Source of the DNA: Eledone cirrhosa
Lineage: Eukaryota
Reading direction: 5' to 3'
Length of the DNA: 64,000 nt
Assembly: GCA_964016885.1 (NCBI GenBank)
Contig: OZ024744.1
Span: 21,762,001 to 21,826,000 of the forward strand
Shown here: positions 59,401 to 64,000 of the stretch, piece after piece
Layout of the letters: each line of letters begins with the position of its first letter
Position numbering within the stretch: the stretch's first letter is position 1
Notes under the pieces: generated by a model
Seen by the model: only the letters and a program-made list of their open reading frames with translations
Told to the model about the DNA's origin: nothing
Database searches by the model: none
Position numbers and translations under genes: made by a program

Positions 59401-62400
59401 ATCTTCAGACAGTTAGAAGAGGTGACAGCCACAACAGCTATGACATCTTCAGAAGTTAGAAGAGGTAACAGGCACAACAGCTATGACATCTTCAGACAGT
59501 TAGAAGAGGTGACAGCTACAACAGCTATGACATCTTCAGACAGAAGAGGTGACAGCCACAACAACTATGACATCTTCAGACAGTTAGAAGAGCTGACAGG
59601 CACAACAGCTATGACATCTTTAGACAGTTAGAAGAGGTGACAGCCACAACAGCTATGACATATTCAGACAGTTAGAAGAGGTGACGGCAACAACAGCTAT
59701 GAGATCTTCAGACAGAAGAGGTGACAGCCACAACAGCTATGACATCTTCAGAGAGAAGAGGTGACAGGCACAACAGCTATGACATCTACAGACAGAAGAG
59801 GTGACAGCCACAACAGCTATGACATATTCAGACAGTTAGAAGAGGTGACAGCCACAACTGCTATGACATCTTCAGACAGTTATAAGATGTGACAGCCACA
59901 ACAGCTATGACATATTCAGACAGTTAGAAGAGGTGACAGGAACAACAGCTATGACATCTTCAGACAGTTAGAAGAGGTGACAGCCGCAACAGCTATGACA
60001 TCTTTAGACAGTTAGAAGAGGTTGCAGGAACAACAGCTATGACATCTTCAGAAAGAAGAGGTGACAGGCACAACAGCTATGACATCTACTGACAGAAGAG
60101 GTGACAGCCACAACAGCTATGGCATATTCAGACAGTTAGAAGAGGTGACAGCCACAACAGCTATGACATCTTCAGACAGTTATAAGATGTGACAGGCACA
60201 TCAGCTATGACATCTACAGACAGAAGAGGTGACAGCCACAACAGCTATGACATCTTCAGACAATTAGAAGAGGTGACAGCAACAACAGCTATGACATCTT
60301 CAGACAGTTAGAAGAGGTGACAGCCACAACAGCTATGACATCTTCAGAAGTTAGAAGAGGTAACAGGCACAACAGCTATGACATCTTCAGACAGTTAGAA
60401 GAGGTGACAGCAACAACAGCTATGACATCTTCAGACAGAAGAGGTGACAGCCACAACAACTATGACATCTTCAGACAGTTAGAAGAGCTGACAGGCACAA
60501 CAGCTATGACATCTTTAGACAGTTAGAAGAGGTGACAGCCACAACAGCTATGACATATTCAGACAGTTAGAAGAGGTGACGGCAACAACAGCTATGAGAT
60601 CTTCAGACAGAAGAGGTGACAGCCACAACAGCTATGACATCTTCAGAGAGAAGAGGTGACAGGCACAACAGCTATGACATCTACAGACAGAAGAGGTGAC
60701 AGCCACAACAGCTATGACATATTCAGACAGTTAGAAGAGGTGACAGCCACAACTGCTATGACATCTTCAGACAGTTATAAGATGTGGCAGCCACAACAGC
60801 TATGACATATTCAGACAGAAGAGGTGACATGCACAACAGCTATGACATCTTCAGACAGTTAGAAGAGGTAACAGCAACAACAGCTATGACATCTTCAGAC
60901 AGTTAGAAGAGGTGACAGGCACAACAGCTATGACATCTTTAGACAGTTGGAAGAGGTGACAGCCACAACAGCTATGACATCTTCAGACATTTAGAAGAGG
61001 TGACAGACACAACAGCTATGACATCTTCAGACAGAAGAGGTGACAGGCACAACAGCTATGACATCTTCAGACAGAACAGGTGACAGGCACAACAGCTATG
61101 ACATATTCAGACAGTTAGAAGAGGTAACAGCAACAACAGCTATGACATCTTCAGACAGTTAGAAGAGATGACAGGCACAACAGCTATGACATATTTAGAC
61201 AGTTGGAAGAGGTGACAGCCACAACAGCTATGACATCTCCAGACAGTTAGAAGAGGTGACAGCCACAACAGCTATGACATCTTCAGACAGAAGAGGTGAC
61301 ATGCACAACAGCTATGACATCTTCAGACAGTTAGAAGAGGTAACAGCAACAACAGCTATGACATCTTCAGACAGTTAGAAGAGGTGACAGGCACATCAGC
61401 TGTGACATCTGTAGACAGTTGGAAGAGGTGACAGCCACAACAGCTATGACATCTTCAGACAGTTAGAAGAGGTGACAGCCACAACAGCTATGACATCTTC
61501 AGACAGTTAGAAGAGGTGACAGGAACAACAGCTATGACATCTTCAGAGAGAAGAGGTGACAGGCACAACAGCTATGACATCTACAGACAGAATAGGTGAC
61601 AGCCACAACAGCTATGACATATTCAGACAGAAGAGGTGACAGGCACAACGGCTATGACATCTTCAGACAGTTAGAAGAGGTGACAGCCACAACAGCTATG
61701 ACATATTCAGACAGTTAGAAGAGGTGACAGGCACAACAGCTATGACATCTTTAGACAGTTGGAAGAGGTGACAGCCACAACAGCTATGACATCTTCAGAC
61801 AGTTAGAAGAGGTGACAGGCACAACAGCTATGACGTCTTCAGGCAGTTAGAAGAGGTGACAGGCACAACAGCTATGTCATCTTCAGACAGTTAGAAGAGG
61901 TGACAGCAACAACAGCTATGACATCTTTAGACAGTTAGAAGCGGTGACAGCCACAACAGCTATGACATATTCAGAGAGTTAGAAGAGGTGACGGCAACAA
62001 CAGCTATGAGATCTTCAGACTGAAGAGGTGACAGCCACAAGAGCTATGATATCTTCAGACAAAAGAGGTGACAGGCACAACAGCTATGAGATCTTCAGAC
62101 AGAAGAGGTGACAGCCACAACAGCTATGACATCTTCAGACAGTTAGAAGAGGTGACAGGCACAACAGCTATGACATCTTTAGACAGTTAGAAGAGGTGAC
62201 AGCCACCACAGCTATGAGATATTCAGACAGTTAGAAGAGGTGACAGGCACAACAGCTATGACATCTTCAGACAGTTAGAAGAGGTGACAGCCGCAACAGC
62301 TATGACATCTTTAGACAGTTAGAAGAGGTTACAGGAACAACAGCTATGACATCTTCAGAAAGAAGAGGTGACAGGCACAACAGCTATGACATCTACAGAC

Positions 62401-64000
62401 AGAAGAGGTGACAGCCACAACAGCTATGGCATATTCAGACAGTTAGAAGAGGTGACAGCCACAACAGCTATGACATCTTCAGACAGTTATAAGATGTGAC
62501 AGCCACAACAGCTATGACATATTCAGACAGAAGAGGTGACAGGCACATCTGCTATGACATCTACAGACAGAAGAGGTGACAGCCACAACAGCTATGACAT
62601 CTTCAGACATTTAGAAGAGGTGACAGCAACAACAGCTATGACATCTTCAGACAGTTAGAAGAGGTGACATGCACAACAGCTATGACGTCTTTAGACAGTT
62701 AGAAGAGGTGACAGTAACAACAGCTATGACATCTTCAGAAGTTAGAAGAGGTAACAGGCAAAACAGCTATGACATCTTCAGACAGTTAGAAGAGGTGACA
62801 GCAACAACAGCTATGACATCTTCAGACAGAAGAGGTGACAGCCACAACAACTATGACATCTTCAGACAGTTAGAAGAGCTGACAGCCACAACAGCTATGA
62901 CATATTCAGACAGTTAGAAGAGGTGACAGGCACAACAGCTATGACATCTTCAGACAGTTAGAAGAGGTGACGGCAACAACAGCTATGAGATCTTCAGACA
63001 GAAGAGGTGACAGGCACAACAGCTATGACATCTACAGACAGATGAGGTGACAGCCACAACAGCTATGACATATTCAGACAGTTAGAAGAGGTGACAGCCA
63101 CAACTGCTATGACATCTTCAGACAGTTATAAGATGTGACAGCCACAACAGCTATGACATCTTTAGACAGTTAGAAGAGGTTACAGGAACAACAGCTATGA
63201 CATCTTCAGAAAGAAGAGGTGACAGGCACAGCAGCTATGACATCTACAGACAGAAGAGGTGACAGCCACAACAGCTATGGCATATTCAGACAGTTAGAAG
63301 AGGTGACAGCCACAACAGCTATGACATCTTCAGACAGTTATAAGATGTGACAGGCACATCAGCTATGACATCTACAGACAGAAGAGGTGACAGCCACAAC
63401 AGCTATGGCATCTTCAGACAATTAGAAGAGGTGACAGCAACAACAGCTATGACATCTTCAGACAGTTAGAAGAGGTGACAGCCACAACAGCTATGACATC
63501 TTCAGAAGTTAGAAGAGGTATCAGGCTCAACAGCTATGACATCTTCAGACAGTTAGAAGAGGTGACAGCTACAACAGCTATGACATCTTCAGACAGAAGA
63601 GGTGACAGCCACAACAACTATGACATCTTCAGACAGTTAGAAGAGCTGACAGGCACAACAGCTATGACATCTTTAGACAGTTAGAAGAGGTGACAGCCAC
63701 AACAGCTATGACATATTCAGACAGTTAGAAGAGGTGACGGCAACAACAGCTATGAGATCTTCAGACAGAAGAGGTGACAGCCACAACAGCTATGACATCT
63801 TCAGAGAGAAGAGGTGACAGGCACAACAGCTATGACATCTACAGACAGAAGAGGTGACAGCCACAACAGCTATGACATATTCAGACAGTTAGAAGAGGTG
63901 ACAGCCACAACTGCTATGACATCTTCAGACAGTTATAAGATGTGACAGCCACAACAGCTATGACATATTCAGACAGAAGAGGTGACATGCACAACAGCTA
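41500..64000 (+). repeat. Domain of higher-order duplications with offsets of 851/895, 1664, 2562, 4132, 4983 and 5800 bp
   Basis: GTGAAAGGC at 44381/45232/49364 (+851, +4132). GAACAGG at 46501/50633/52297/58512/61074 (+4132, +1664; last pair +2562). The 1-bp deletion ACAACTATAC at 43331/48314/54114 (+4983, +5800). ORF offsets 45788/49920, 44042/49025 and 56860/59422 agree. Confidence 0.85.

Larger units (their letters stand above)
1..64000 (+). repeat. Tandem satellite array of 44-bp monomers (consensus GACAGTTAGAAGAGGTGACAGCCACAACAGCTATGACATCTTCA) mixed with 40-bp (minus TTAG) and rare 43/45-bp variants; about 1,500 copies, truncated at both window edges
   Basis: Seen directly. Every line consists of this unit, usually with 0-3 substitutions. 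I saw no unique sequence and no inversion. Copy number is estimated as 64000 divided by about 43. Confidence 0.99.

Noticed and set aside
4478-63684. The 68-97 aa ORFs in the track as real CDSs
   Set aside because: They lie wholly inside the satellite and nearly all begin at a GTG of the monomer. They are explained by the 44/40/43 phase arithmetic and have no recognisable domain or gene context.
4478-63684. C2H2 zinc-finger or PRDM9-like 84-bp (28-aa) array
   Set aside because: The length matches the 44+40 dimer, but the peptide has no C-x2-C...H-x3-H pattern or TGEKP linker. The Cys/His-rich minus-strand frame (RCHSCCGCHLF) is bounded by stops in the consensus monomer.
1-64000. CRISPR array
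   Set aside because: The repeats are directly adjacent, with no unique spacers, leader or cas genes.
1-64000. Transposon insertion, inversion or unique island hidden in the array
   Set aside because: Reading through the window I found no non-monomer sequence and no reverse-orientation monomer. Very short anomalies could have been missed by eye.
1-64000. Intrinsic terminators, tRNA or structured ncRNA from the TCTTC/GAAGA dyad
   Set aside because: The stem is short and weak, with no U-tract, cloverleaf or upstream gene.
1-64000. Assignment to a named satellite family or species
   Set aside because: I do not recognise the monomer with confidence. A database search is needed.

Overview
The whole 64 kb window is one uninterrupted, head-to-tail satellite array, open at both ends, with roughly 1,500 monomers all in the same orientation. 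The consensus 44-bp monomer is GACAGTTAGAAGAGGTGACAGCCACAACAGCTATGACATCTTCA (about 45% GC, no CpG). A frequent 40-bp form lacks TTAG, and there are rarer 43- and 45-bp forms. I found no genes, RNA genes, transposon insertions or CRISPR spacers. The listed ORFs arise because the monomer's three + strand stop codons share one frame. The information is in the monomer variants: diagnostic variants reveal nested, irregular higher-order duplications (about 0.3, 0.7-0.9, 1.7, 2.4-3.1, 4.1-5.8 and 9.0-9.3 kb) and a left-to-right turnover of variant families. The array looks like eukaryotic heterochromatic satellite DNA (inference). I cannot identify the species or repeat family, and I see no evidence of a new protein-coding system.
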